The notes below the pieces were generated by a model that had not been told where the DNA came from, made no database searches, and saw only the letters and a program-made list of their open reading frames with translations. A stretch of DNA of 64,000 nt from an uncultured virus (IMG/VR IMGVR_UViG_3300030103_004079) (Duplodnaviria > Heunggongvirae > Uroviricota > Caudoviricetes), in IMG/VR virus record IMGVR_UViG_3300030103_004079; one strand, 5' to 3'. The position numbers and the translations under genes were made by a program. This document shows, one piece after another, positions 1-8,763 of this stretch (position 1 is its first letter; each line of letters opens with the position of its first letter).

Positions 1-113
1 GTTCAAAATAATCTAAAAATAATCCAAAATAATAACTTGAGTTGGCAAAGTTCATCTAAATCAAAATAGAAATAAAGCCTTCTTTAAATGTAATTTAAAC
101 GGTAGGATAAAAC

Positions 114-584
114 ATGGAAGAAGATAAATGGGAAAATATCAAATTGGATGTAGTTGAATACTTAGAATCGGGAGCAGAACTTTCTGTTGGATTAAGACAA
201 GTGATAGAATTAAACTTGCAGGTTGGAGATAATGATGAGAAGGCTAGAACAGGTGTGCTGAAATCATTGAAAGCGTTGCTAAGTGGTAAGGAAGGAACAC
301 CCTTTCACAAAGGCAACAAGAGTGACCTTCCTGCTAAGGTGAGGGTCAATGTGCAAAAATTGGGTAAGATAATACATGGTGCTTCAATGGCATATATGGA
401 ATATGATGAATTGATGCAACTCATCACCCCTCGACATAAAAAATCCGGTGGTGGTTTTTATAAAACACACAAAGAGTTTGCATTAGCCAACAAAAAGAGA
501 CTGATGACTAGGCTCAAAAAGGAATATCGTTTAGGTCTGTGGGATGGAACAATAGATGGTTTATTGCCTCTTGAAGAAGAGTAA
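114..584 (+). CDS. Hypothetical protein (156 aa)
   Basis: Long ORF on the coding strand, TATA-like ctttaaat upstream; no recognised motif. Confidence 0.7.
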   Translation: MEEDKWENIKLDVVEYLESGAELSVGLRQVIELNLQVGDNDEKARTGVLKSLKALLSGKEGTPFHKGNKSDLPAKVRVNVQKLGKIIHGASMAYMEYDELMQLITPRHKKSGGGFYKTHKEFALANKKRLMTRLKKEYRLGLWDGTIDGLLPLEEE

Positions 585-630
585 TGTCACTATAGGTCAT
601 TTTTAGCAACCTCGCAAGGTTTCCGTCGGC

Positions 631-639
631 CTTTATATA
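631..639 (+). promoter_or_regulatory. Archaeal TATA box candidate (ctttatata)
   Basis: TTTATATA immediately upstream of the structured non-coding region and the helicase operon. Confidence 0.5.
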
Positions 640-644
640 CCCAA

Positions 645-840
645 GCGGGGGGAGGTGGTAGTCGGGTCACTCGGTGACTCACCCCCCAACCGTAACTTGA
701 GTAGTGAATCTACTCGACTTACACTCACGGTTGAATTAGTTTAAAGCAAGGGGCAACAAAGAAGTATATCATTTGATATTACCGTGTTTCGGGGGGAACA
801 TGCGATGCTTAACTAATTCAACCACCTAACACTCCACCCG
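645..840 (+). ncRNA. Candidate structured RNA or structured leader
   Basis: GC-enriched intergenic region with nested inverted repeats, including perfect 13-bp ggttgaattagtt (729-741)/aactaattcaacc (811-823). Confidence 0.4.
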
Positions 841-861
841 AAATAACAATGGTGAATAAAA

Positions 862-2295
862 ATGATAAAAGGAACAATAGAACAAGACGAAATATGGAAC
901 GAAATAGTAAACACAACCAATGATGTAATAGTCAATGCCGGTGCAGGAACAGGTAAGACTTTCACAATCGTAGAAGGTGCTAATAGAGCGAATGAAGTAA
1001 GAAAGGGTTTTCTATGCTTTAACAAATCTATCCAAACCGAACTACAAGAAAGACTACCCGAAGGTGTAGAGGCAAAGACATTTCACGCATTAGGTATGAA
1101 AGCAGTTAGAGATGTAGTTGGCAGAACTAAAGTAAACAACTGGAAAGTAAAGAATATTATTGATGGTATTCTAGGTCGTGACTATCACGCACAGCCACTT
1201 GTTAAACTGATTAGTCTAGTCAAAGGCTCTATGGTTGATTGCACTAACGAAAGTGAAATCTACAAACTAATTGATGAATATAATATTCAATTTCATGATG
1301 ACCGAGAAGAAGCACTAGGCGTTGATGTTGTTTGTCAAATACTTGATGAGTGTAAATCAATTACCCATGAGATTGACTTCGATGATATGATTTGGCTACC
1401 ACTAGTCAATGACTATCCTCTACCACAATTTGATATTCTATTCGTTGATGAAGCACAAGACTTCAATGAGATGCAAAGACAACTAGTTTTGTCATGCACA
1501 GAAAACGGTAGATGTATTATTGTTGGAGACAAGAATCAGGCAATTTATGGCTTTAGAGGAGCAGATAGCGGTAGTATTGCTATCTTCAAGAATCAACTAG
1601 AAGCAAGAGGTAAAACTGTTGTGGAGTTTGGTTTAACTCTAACATGGAGATGTCCTAAGTTAGTAGTTGCAGAAGCAAATAGATATGTCAAAGACTTCAA
1701 TTGTTTAGAAACTGCTGAAACAGGTAATGTTCATGTTAATGCATATCTAAACCCACAGAAGGGTGACATGGTATTATGCAGATATAATGCACCACTAGTT
1801 AGTGCATTCTATGACTTGATTACTCAAGGCAAATCAGCATATATTCTAGGTCGTGACATGCACAAAGGTTTGGTAAACTATGTCAAAAAGATTACCAAGA
1901 ACGAAGGTATGTCATCCGAAGAATTTAACGAATTACTTGATGTAAGTTATAATGCTGAATATGCTAAGTTGGTTAAGGCTGAAAAGACAAACCAAGCAAA
2001 CACACTTAGCGATAAGTATGAATGTATCAAGATATTTGCTGATAAAGCAAACTATGTTGGTGGCATCATCAAAGAAATCGAGAAACTGTTTAACAGTAAA
2101 ACAAGAGGTGATATTAAATTATCAACTGTTCACAAGGCTAAAGGTCTTGAGGCTGATAATGTATTCATCCTAGCAACTGAAAGAATGCCACATCCAAAGG
2201 CATCTAATATGCAAGAAGAAAGAAACATTTGTTATGTTGCTATAACAAGGGCTAAGCAAAACTTATATTATTGTGGGCCAAGACCAAAGAACTGA
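862..2295 (+). CDS. UvrD/Rep-like superfamily 1 helicase
   Basis: AGAGTGKT, VDEAQD, VGDKNQAIYGFRGA, TWRCP, STVHKAKGLE, YVAITRAK motifs. Confidence 0.93.
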   Translation: MIKGTIEQDEIWNEIVNTTNDVIVNAGAGTGKTFTIVEGANRANEVRKGFLCFNKSIQTELQERLPEGVEAKTFHALGMKAVRDVVGRTKVNNWKVKNIIDGILGRDYHAQPLVKLISLVKGSMVDCTNESEIYKLIDEYNIQFHDDREEALGVDVVCQILDECKSITHEIDFDDMIWLPLVNDYPLPQFDILFVDEAQDFNEMQRQLVLSCTENGRCIIVGDKNQAIYGFRGADSGSIAIFKNQLEARGKTVVEFGLTLTWRCPKLVVAEANRYVKDFNCLETAETGNVHVNAYLNPQKGDMVLCRYNAPLVSAFYDLITQGKSAYILGRDMHKGLVNYVKKITKNEGMSSEEFNELLDVSYNAEYAKLVKAEKTNQANTLSDKYECIKIFADKANYVGGIIKEIEKLFNSKTRGDIKLSTVHKAKGLEADNVFILATERMPHPKASNMQEERNICYVAITRAKQNLYYCGPRPKN

Positions 2296-2436
2296 ATGAG
2301 TGATAGATTAAGTCCCGAATTTTACTATATGTTACCTTTTATTAATTTAACATTATTTGTAATCTTCGGCTTAATCGTCACATCAATAATAAAAATATAT
2401 GAATGGAGGAATAAAAATGGAAACAGAAATAATTAG
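2296..2436 (+). CDS. Small single-TM membrane peptide (46 aa), absent from ORF track
   Basis: MSDRLSPEFYYMLPFINLTLFVIFGLIVTSIIKIYEWRNK...; fills the gap between two genes. Confidence 0.55.
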   Translation: MSDRLSPEFYYMLPFINLTLFVIFGLIVTSIIKIYEWRNKNGNRNN

Positions 2437-3727
2437 AGCAAAAAGAAGTTTAGGTGACGGACATTGGGATAAGAAACTTATCGCAAACATGGTAGAATTA
2501 TCTAACGCAGACAACTATGAAGAAGCAAAACTCGAATGGATTGCTACCGGAGATGTTTGGTGGAGTGGTAATTCTAACGAAAGACCATCATGGGTAAATG
2601 AACATGCAGGTAAGTGCCTTTGTGGACATAGAGTTGTCTATCACTTCAAGATATTGAATACTGAAAACGGTAATGAAGAATGTGTCGGTAGTGAACATAT
2701 CGGTTCATATCTTATTCTTAGAGAAATCAAAGAGAGAACCGGACTCAAAGAATCGGAGATTACTGATGAAATGATTCAACAGTGGATTAATGAAAGAACA
2801 CAATCTATGATTCAAACAGCATGGTGGCATACCAATGGTGAACACTTCACTGAAATGTTCGATACTATCAAAGAGGCTGACTTGAGAATCAATGTTAAGT
2901 CTAAACACCAATATTGGTGTTGGACTGATAACAAATACAAAATCAAAAGTCGCATGCTAAAGCGTGGTAGTGGTAAACTCGGTGAAGAAGGTTATCAAAT
3001 GTCATCTATTGTATGGCGTTGGAATCATCCCGAAAATGGAAAGAATCAATCAACAACTAGAGGTTATCCTAACGATAAACTTTGGAATGACTTAGTTTAC
3101 TTTCATGCTATGTATCTTGTTGAACATAAAGCAAGAGTAGAAGCCGAAGATGCTAGACTCGAAGAATCAACTAGAAAGCAACACGAATATCAAGAAAGAC
3201 AGAAACAAGAGCGTGAAGAAAGACAAGAGCGACAGCGACTTAGAGATTTAGAATGGGAAAAACAAAGGGCTGAGAGACTAAAGTTACATAGACAACAGGA
3301 AGTCGAGCGTCAAGAAAGAGAAAAAGTACGCCAAGCCGAACTTAAGATTTCTAATGGTGATAAGTTTTCTCAAGAAAGAGAACTACTAAATGACTTATCT
3401 ATGTTCAATAATGCAGAAGTTAGTGAGTTCACTAATATGTGCGACTACTATGGCCTACCTGTCTTTGACGGTAACTTCCCTATATCAATATGGGAATCTT
3501 CTTTCCTAATAGATATTAGAAGAAGAATGGCTAGCGGTAATGAGTTATCAGTTAATCAACTAAAAACTCTTAAGAATATTTGTAGTGGTGAACCTGCTAC
3601 AACTAAACAAGTCCAATACTTAGAAAACTTAGGCTATGAAGGTAGTTTTGACGGCATAACCAAAAGAAAGGCTAGCATCATGATTACCAACAAGAAACAA
3701 TACGACACTTTTGAGGGAGAGAAATGA
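2417..3727 (+). CDS. Hypothetical protein with N-terminal Zn-binding motif and coiled coil
   Basis: CLCGH...ECVGSEHI; E/R/Q-rich coil; C-terminal ATTKQ..YL..LG..ASIMI hairpin; start reset to GAGGAATAAAAATG. Confidence 0.75.
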   Translation: METEIIRAKRSLGDGHWDKKLIANMVELSNADNYEEAKLEWIATGDVWWSGNSNERPSWVNEHAGKCLCGHRVVYHFKILNTENGNEECVGSEHIGSYLILREIKERTGLKESEITDEMIQQWINERTQSMIQTAWWHTNGEHFTEMFDTIKEADLRINVKSKHQYWCWTDNKYKIKSRMLKRGSGKLGEEGYQMSSIVWRWNHPENGKNQSTTRGYPNDKLWNDLVYFHAMYLVEHKARVEAEDARLEESTRKQHEYQERQKQEREERQERQRLRDLEWEKQRAERLKLHRQQEVERQEREKVRQAELKISNGDKFSQERELLNDLSMFNNAEVSEFTNMCDYYGLPVFDGNFPISIWESSFLIDIRRRMASGNELSVNQLKTLKNICSGEPATTKQVQYLENLGYEGSFDGITKRKASIMITNKKQYDTFEGEK

Positions 3728-3906
3728 CACAAAAGAAGAGTAATAAACGACAAACTCGCTCAAAGCCTAAAGAAGACTTGAATAAAGATGCAGAATATCT
3801 TGTGGGGTTAATCAAGGAATTTGATAAGTTTCTTGATGAACACTCTCACCATCGAGTGAGAAAGGTTATCGAAGCCTACAAGAAATTCTTTAAGGGTCAA
3901 TTGTGA
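3724..3906 (+). CDS. Small hypothetical protein
   Basis: ATGA-coupled ORF. Confidence 0.6.
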   Translation: MTQKKSNKRQTRSKPKEDLNKDAEYLVGLIKEFDKFLDEHSHHRVRKVIEAYKKFFKGQL

Positions 3907-3910
3907 TTAA

Positions 3911-4147
3911 ATGCTCAACTGGCTCAAACAGTTCTTTGTTAAAGAGCGTAAAGAGAAAATTCCTAAGTGCTACAAATGTGGGTTAGTAGCATCAACAATG
4001 GTGTTTATGGAATTTAAAACAATGGAACTAGAAGAAATAGAAGATAATATTCTAGTTCAACTTTGTAGTCATTGTCATACAGAATTATTTGTTTTGTATG
4101 ACAAAGACTACATCCCACCAATAATAAATAAAAATGGAGATGAATAA
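3911..4147 (+). CDS. Small Zn-finger protein
   Basis: CYKC...CSHC. Confidence 0.65.
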   Translation: MLNWLKQFFVKERKEKIPKCYKCGLVASTMVFMEFKTMELEEIEDNILVQLCSHCHTELFVLYDKDYIPPIINKNGDE

Positions 4148-4149
4148 AA

Positions 4150-4788
4150 ATGAATATATTTGCATTATCAAAATGCCCGATTGAATCAGCACAACAAATG
4201 ATAAACAAGCATGTAGTTAAGATGCCGACAGAAACCTGTCAAATGCTACATACTAATGCTTTGTTTAAAGAATACACAGATAGATATGGTCAAGAACCAA
4301 CCTTAGCACAACTAAAACAATATCATGAAGATACAGAATCTATCTTAATGAAACCTGCTATGCTTAACCATCCTAGCACTATATGGGCTAGACAAAACAA
4401 TGACAACACTATGTGGTTGTATGAACATGGTTTGGCTCTTTGTGAAGAGTTTTCGTTAAGATACTACAATAAAAGACATGGCACCTACAAAAGACTACTA
4501 CAAACACCAATAGAATATGATGCAGATAGCAGTTTAGCAACACCTGTATCTATTGCTATGTTTGACAAGTATAGAATACCAAATGAGTATAATGAACATT
4601 GTTGGGAATATGTAATTGATTCTTACCGACATTACTATCTTGAAGGTAAATGGAGATTTGCTCATTGGACAAAAAGAGAAGAACCTAGTTGGTGGCCAAA
4701 TAACCATGCAATACACAAAGGTAATGAGATAATTATAGATTTCAATAAAAGATTTGGTGCTAATCTAAAACTGTTGGTGGTAGAATGA
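4150..4788 (+). CDS. Pyrimidine-dimer DNA glycosylase-like protein
   Basis: MNIFAL..P..SAQ...KHVVKM..E..QML, NHPSTIWAR, YRHYY pattern typical of this phage family. Confidence 0.7.
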   Translation: MNIFALSKCPIESAQQMINKHVVKMPTETCQMLHTNALFKEYTDRYGQEPTLAQLKQYHEDTESILMKPAMLNHPSTIWARQNNDNTMWLYEHGLALCEEFSLRYYNKRHGTYKRLLQTPIEYDADSSLATPVSIAMFDKYRIPNEYNEHCWEYVIDSYRHYYLEGKWRFAHWTKREEPSWWPNNHAIHKGNEIIIDFNKRFGANLKLLVVE

Positions 4789-5006
4789 GAAAGGTAAAAG
4801 TAACAGCAGAAAACTATGATAAGGTTATTTTCATAGAAGATAATTATTACACAATTAATGTGTTTGATATTCCTAATCTTTCTTTGAAAGAATTAGAGAA
4901 AATAGTTTCGTGGTGTTGTGGTAGTCATACTTCCCCATTTGAGGATTTAGTATGGGAAATAGCAGGTAATATTTTTGATGAGAGAGTGAATAAAAATGGA
5001 ATGTGA
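4785..5006 (+). CDS. Small hypothetical protein
   Basis: ATGA-coupled ORF with RBS. Confidence 0.55.
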   Translation: MRKVKVTAENYDKVIFIEDNYYTINVFDIPNLSLKELEKIVSWCCGSHTSPFEDLVWEIAGNIFDERVNKNGM

Positions 5007-5289
5007 AAAATGTAATGGAACAGGATGGATAGATAGTTGGAGTATAGGACACGATGTAATGTTGAAAGAACAATGCTATGATTGCATGGCTCACGAAAGA
5101 GATAAAGTTCAACTTGGTATGGAAATATCTAAACTACTATCCACTCTTAGTAGAGAAAGACTCGCAATAAATTTAGCACAACTACTAGTAGAGTTATCGG
5201 ATAAGCACTACGACTTATCTAAACTTGATGAACTAGTTGCGACTAAAGATAAAGAAGGAATAATGATGGAAATAAAATATATGATGTGA
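4996..5289 (+). CDS. Zn-finger protein
   Basis: CEKCNGTG...CYDC. Confidence 0.65.
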   Translation: MECEKCNGTGWIDSWSIGHDVMLKEQCYDCMAHERDKVQLGMEISKLLSTLSRERLAINLAQLLVELSDKHYDLSKLDELVATKDKEGIMMEIKYMM

Positions 5290-5293
5290 TAAA

Positions 5294-5563
5294 ATGAAAA
5301 CGAATGTAGAATTTAAAATAGTACAAGATGTAGAGTTGCCCCCGTTGGTAATCTCGATGAATGAAAATGATATACCAAAGGTTGTGTTGAACACTCAACA
5401 TAAAATATGGTTGTCTTTAAATAGACGATTAATCTTAGGAATCTTTGAAGCCTTACCGGAAAAACTCGATATGATTTTAGACGGTTATCTTAGGGAACAA
5501 AGAATGTTTGAGATTGATGATAATAATATGCAAAAGCAGATTAACGGTAGAGGTGAAGAATAA
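5294..5563 (+). CDS. Hypothetical protein
   Basis: ORF with RBS in operon. Confidence 0.65.
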   Translation: MKTNVEFKIVQDVELPPLVISMNENDIPKVVLNTQHKIWLSLNRRLILGIFEALPEKLDMILDGYLREQRMFEIDDNNMQKQINGRGEE

Positions 5564-5616
5564 ATTGACTATTGATTTATTTTCACTCACTAGAAGCCGG
5601 ATTAAATTTAGGCTCA

Positions 5617-5625
5617 CTTTAAATA
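5617..5625 (+). promoter_or_regulatory. TATA box candidate (ctttaaata) upstream of Ubl gene
   Basis: TTTAAATA within the palindrome tcactttaaatagtga in a ~100-bp intergenic gap. Confidence 0.45.
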
Positions 5626-5670
5626 GTGATTAGAATAAGAAAAAATAGAACAAAAAAGGAGATGAAAAAT

Positions 5671-5871
5671 ATGGTAAAAGTAAGAATACTGAACGAAACA
5701 GGACATACGGAACTTCAACTAGAAGTTCAAGAGGTTATTGAACAAATTGACACACACCCGACACATTGGGTTTTTGTAGATGGTGAAATGGTTAGCCGTG
5801 AATCTATCAATGAAATCAATTGGGATGCAGTAGACAGCGTTGATTTGACCCCTGCTATCGTAGGCGGCTGA
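5671..5871 (+). CDS. Ubiquitin-like (ThiS/MoaD/SAMP-type beta-grasp) protein, 66 aa
   Basis: Ends in ...VDLTPAIVGG-stop; WVFVDGE strand; GGAG RBS before ATG 5671. Confidence 0.8.
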   Translation: MVKVRILNETGHTELQLEVQEVIEQIDTHPTHWVFVDGEMVSRESINEINWDAVDSVDLTPAIVGG

Positions 5872-5909
5872 ATTAGTATCTACTAATTCTTCTCAATAAC
5901 AATGGAAGA

Positions 5910-5941
5910 GGGGGGAAGGGGTTATTACACTCCTTCTCCCC
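5910..5941 (+). terminator. 13-bp GC-rich hairpin after the Ubl gene (terminator or RNA-stabilising)
   Basis: ggggggaaggggt / actccttctcccc with two G-U pairs. Confidence 0.4.
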
Positions 5942-5950
5942 GTTTATGGT

Positions 5951-6301
5951 GTGAAGATGGAATACCACGACTTTATCGAGTCCTCCTTTACCATAATAAA
6001 TGGATGGGATTATAAAGTTGAATCGTGGATTATAGATAGATTTGAGATGATTGTTTCTAGCAGAAGTCAAAAATCTATGATAAAATTTTCAGTAAATCAA
6101 TTGTTAGATAATATACTATGGGAAATTCCCTTAGCAGTCAATCAAGGTTTTTATGAGTGGAAAACCTCCAACCTTCCCCTTAGATTAGAAGCGATAAATT
6201 TCCATAGAGAAAATTGTAGTGGTCACAACAATTGTAAAATGTGTAAATTAGAAAAACAATGGAGTGAATTTAATGAAAGAACAAGACCCGAACTATGTTA
6301 G
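5951..6301 (+). CDS. Hypothetical protein with Cys/His cluster
   Basis: H..NCSGH..CKMC; likely start ATG 5957. Confidence 0.6.
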   Translation: MKMEYHDFIESSFTIINGWDYKVESWIIDRFEMIVSSRSQKSMIKFSVNQLLDNILWEIPLAVNQGFYEWKTSNLPLRLEAINFHRENCSGHNNCKMCKLEKQWSEFNERTRPELC

Positions 6302-6440
6302 TAGCCATAGAGCGTATAAGAAAAGAATCGCTACTAGATGCCGTGTATGCGGTGGGCAACTATTATTGCCCGAAGAAATAAAAATAGAAAGGCACAAGAA
6401 TTGTGTGCCAAAATCAAATTCAAAAATATATATGATGTGA
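6273..6440 (+). CDS. Small Zn-finger protein (55 aa), absent from ORF track
   Basis: MKEQDP...CRVCGGQLLLPEE...HKNC; GGAGTGA RBS. Confidence 0.65.
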   Translation: MKEQDPNYVSSHRAYKKRIATRCRVCGGQLLLPEEIKIERHKNCVPKSNSKIYMM

Positions 6441-6445
6441 TAATA

Positions 6446-7615
6446 ATGAATAAAATAGAAATTAGTATAAGAAAGCCGGATGATGGAATAGCATATTATA
6501 ATACTTATGTAAAGTCCGACCTGTTACATTACAGTAGAACCAAAACTGTAACTCCCGATAGGTCAGCGAAAGACCCCCTACATAGTGCACTAAAGACTAT
6601 GTTCAAAGGAATATTAAAACAACCTAGAACGAATAGGTGGGGTTACACCAACAAACTAAATTATTTTGGTGAAAATGACTTTAGTGGAGTTATTTGGATA
6701 AAAGAATGTCCAATAGCACTATCAAGGACTAATAGTAAGTTTAGAATAAATGGTAAAGCAGAAAGCATGGAGACTATCGCTAATGCATTCGCTAGAGTTG
6801 CATTCAAGTCTTGCTTTACTGATGACAATTCACAGTTAATGCAAACTTTATTTTCTTCACTAGAACTTAGTGAAGATATTAAGTATGTATTAGAGAATAG
6901 AGTACCTTACCATTACTTTAGAGACTTTGAGAAGCAAGAGGTTAGACTCAATGTTGCTCAAATAGGTGACAAAGAGTTTGCTATTGAAATCGGTGACGGA
7001 GTATGGGGTAATATCTCATTGAAAGACTTACAATCATTTTGTAATTATTATATTCATAATAAGAAAAATAGCAAGTTTAGAAGAATGGGATTAAAGAGAC
7101 TATATGAAGCACTTGTCGGCAAAGAACCACTAGATTCAGACATTAAAGTTATGAGAGAGTTTCTAGCACAAAACAGAACGGAAGACCTTATTGAGAATAG
7201 AGCAAAAGAACTACTAAGAGATATTACACAACAATATCCCGATAGAATTAAACTGATTGAAGATGGAAATAATGAACCGGAAGATATGTATATTGCAGGT
7301 AATGACTACGATTGGAAACTAACTAATAGTAAATACAAGAGTGAAATACAAATGGTATCTACTTTTGTTAGACAAAAGCGAACTGATTATGACGACGAAG
7401 GTAATATTGCTGAAGAAGAATGGTTTTGGAGTGGGCCAATATGTATAGATAATATGGCTAGAGGTTCTTCACTAGGCGACCAATTCGCAACTAGAGCATT
7501 CGCTCTACTTAATGATAATATGACGGTAGCGAGAGTTAATACAATAAAATCGTACCTAAAATACAAACCAAATAAAAATGAAAGAGTGGATATAAATGAA
7601 GTGCATAGAGTGTGA
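6446..7615 (+). CDS. Hypothetical protein with a C-terminal Cys motif (GPICID...RAFALLND)
   Basis: Long ORF, start reset to ATG 6446; C-terminus resembles, from memory, the C-terminal domain of DUF4132-type proteins. Confidence 0.65.
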   Translation: MNKIEISIRKPDDGIAYYNTYVKSDLLHYSRTKTVTPDRSAKDPLHSALKTMFKGILKQPRTNRWGYTNKLNYFGENDFSGVIWIKECPIALSRTNSKFRINGKAESMETIANAFARVAFKSCFTDDNSQLMQTLFSSLELSEDIKYVLENRVPYHYFRDFEKQEVRLNVAQIGDKEFAIEIGDGVWGNISLKDLQSFCNYYIHNKKNSKFRRMGLKRLYEALVGKEPLDSDIKVMREFLAQNRTEDLIENRAKELLRDITQQYPDRIKLIEDGNNEPEDMYIAGNDYDWKLTNSKYKSEIQMVSTFVRQKRTDYDDEGNIAEEEWFWSGPICIDNMARGSSLGDQFATRAFALLNDNMTVARVNTIKSYLKYKPNKNERVDINEVHRV

Positions 7616-8432
7616 TGGAAACAAATTTGAAATGGATGAAAGATTAGGCGAACTATCTTGTATGGATTGTGGCTATATTGCCGTAACAGAACTGTTTGAA
7701 CAAACTGTATTGCCTATCAATAAAAGCGGAGAGTTTATTCATTCTGCTGATAGAACATTAGGTTCAAGAATTAATTCTAAGGGTAGAGTGTGGTTTAGAG
7801 ACTCTAATCATCATTTAGTGAAAGGACTTAGAATGTGCAATATGTTATTGGCTACGCTGATGACTAACCATCCACTAAAAGATAGAGTAGAAGAATGCTA
7901 TATTTCTCTCTACAGAAGAAATATATTGACCACTTTAGGTGTCGAAGAAAAGGCAACTGCTGTTGTATATTATGTTCTAAGAGAAAATAGAACGCCTATA
8001 TCACTCAAAGAGTTAAGACAGGAGTTTTCTTGTAATACTAGAACATTAAATCAAGCAGTAAAAAGAATCAACAAGCATTTCAATAATGTAAATGCTTATA
8101 CTAAGATTGACCCACATTATATGTTAAAAGCAGTCACAAGTAAAATTACTGATGACTTAACCTTTGCATCTAATTGTCAAGATGTATTAGAGTTATTTGA
8201 GCCTTTAACACAGAATGTAGATTGTGTAAAAGGCACAGTATATTATTCTAGTATTTGTTGGATTGCTAAGAACATCTACTTACATCCAATAAAACAGAAA
8301 GAGATTGCAGAAAAGGCCAATGTGTCTTTATCTTCAATCAAACTAACCACGAAGAAACTGTTGGCTTTGATTGGTTATGAAAAATGCTCTCAAGTGAGAG
8401 GTAAACAGATAAATGAATTAAGGAGAAATTAA
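7596..8432 (+). CDS. tfb: Transcription factor B (TFIIB)-like protein
   Basis: N-terminal Zn ribbon CIEC...GELSCMDCG, two cyclin-like repeats, QKEIAEKANVS HTH. Confidence 0.88.
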   Translation: MKCIECDGNKFEMDERLGELSCMDCGYIAVTELFEQTVLPINKSGEFIHSADRTLGSRINSKGRVWFRDSNHHLVKGLRMCNMLLATLMTNHPLKDRVEECYISLYRRNILTTLGVEEKATAVVYYVLRENRTPISLKELRQEFSCNTRTLNQAVKRINKHFNNVNAYTKIDPHYMLKAVTSKITDDLTFASNCQDVLELFEPLTQNVDCVKGTVYYSSICWIAKNIYLHPIKQKEIAEKANVSLSSIKLTTKKLLALIGYEKCSQVRGKQINELRRN

Positions 8433-8433
8433 A

Positions 8434-8631
8434 ATGATAAATGAAGAATGGATTGAATACTATGTGTATTTAGAAGAATTGAGACAAAGTGGAGTGACCA
8501 ATATGTTTGGTGCTACTCCTTATTTGAGAGAACAGTTCGGCTTAGGTCGAAGAGAAGCAATAAAGATTTTAGGTAGTTGGATGGATAACTACCAAGAGTT
8601 GTTAGATAAAGGAATAATTAGGAGAGATTAA
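8434..8631 (+). CDS. Small conserved phage-type protein
   Basis: LEELRQSGVTNMFGATPYL motif. Confidence 0.7.
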   Translation: MINEEWIEYYVYLEELRQSGVTNMFGATPYLREQFGLGRREAIKILGSWMDNYQELLDKGIIRRD

Positions 8632-8632
8632 A

Positions 8633-8752
8633 ATGAAACAATATAGATGCCCAAGATGTGATGGAACAATGTTTGAATGGGAGACAGAAAATTATGAAGG
8701 AGTCCAATGTAAAGATTGTGGCTATAACGAACAAAGTGAAAAATATTATTAG
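8633..8752 (+). CDS. Micro Zn-ribbon protein (39 aa), absent from ORF track
   Basis: CPRC...CKDCG; GGAG RBS. Confidence 0.6.
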   Translation: MKQYRCPRCDGTMFEWETENYEGVQCKDCGYNEQSEKYY

Positions 8753-8763
8753 GAGGAATAAAA

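Noticed and set aside
4..36. Short tandem aaaataatc-like repeats
   Set aside because: Three imperfect AT-rich copies at the window edge; context missing and could be chance
645..840. tRNA gene
   Set aside because: No cloverleaf or TTCRA T-loop recognised; kept only as an unknown structured element
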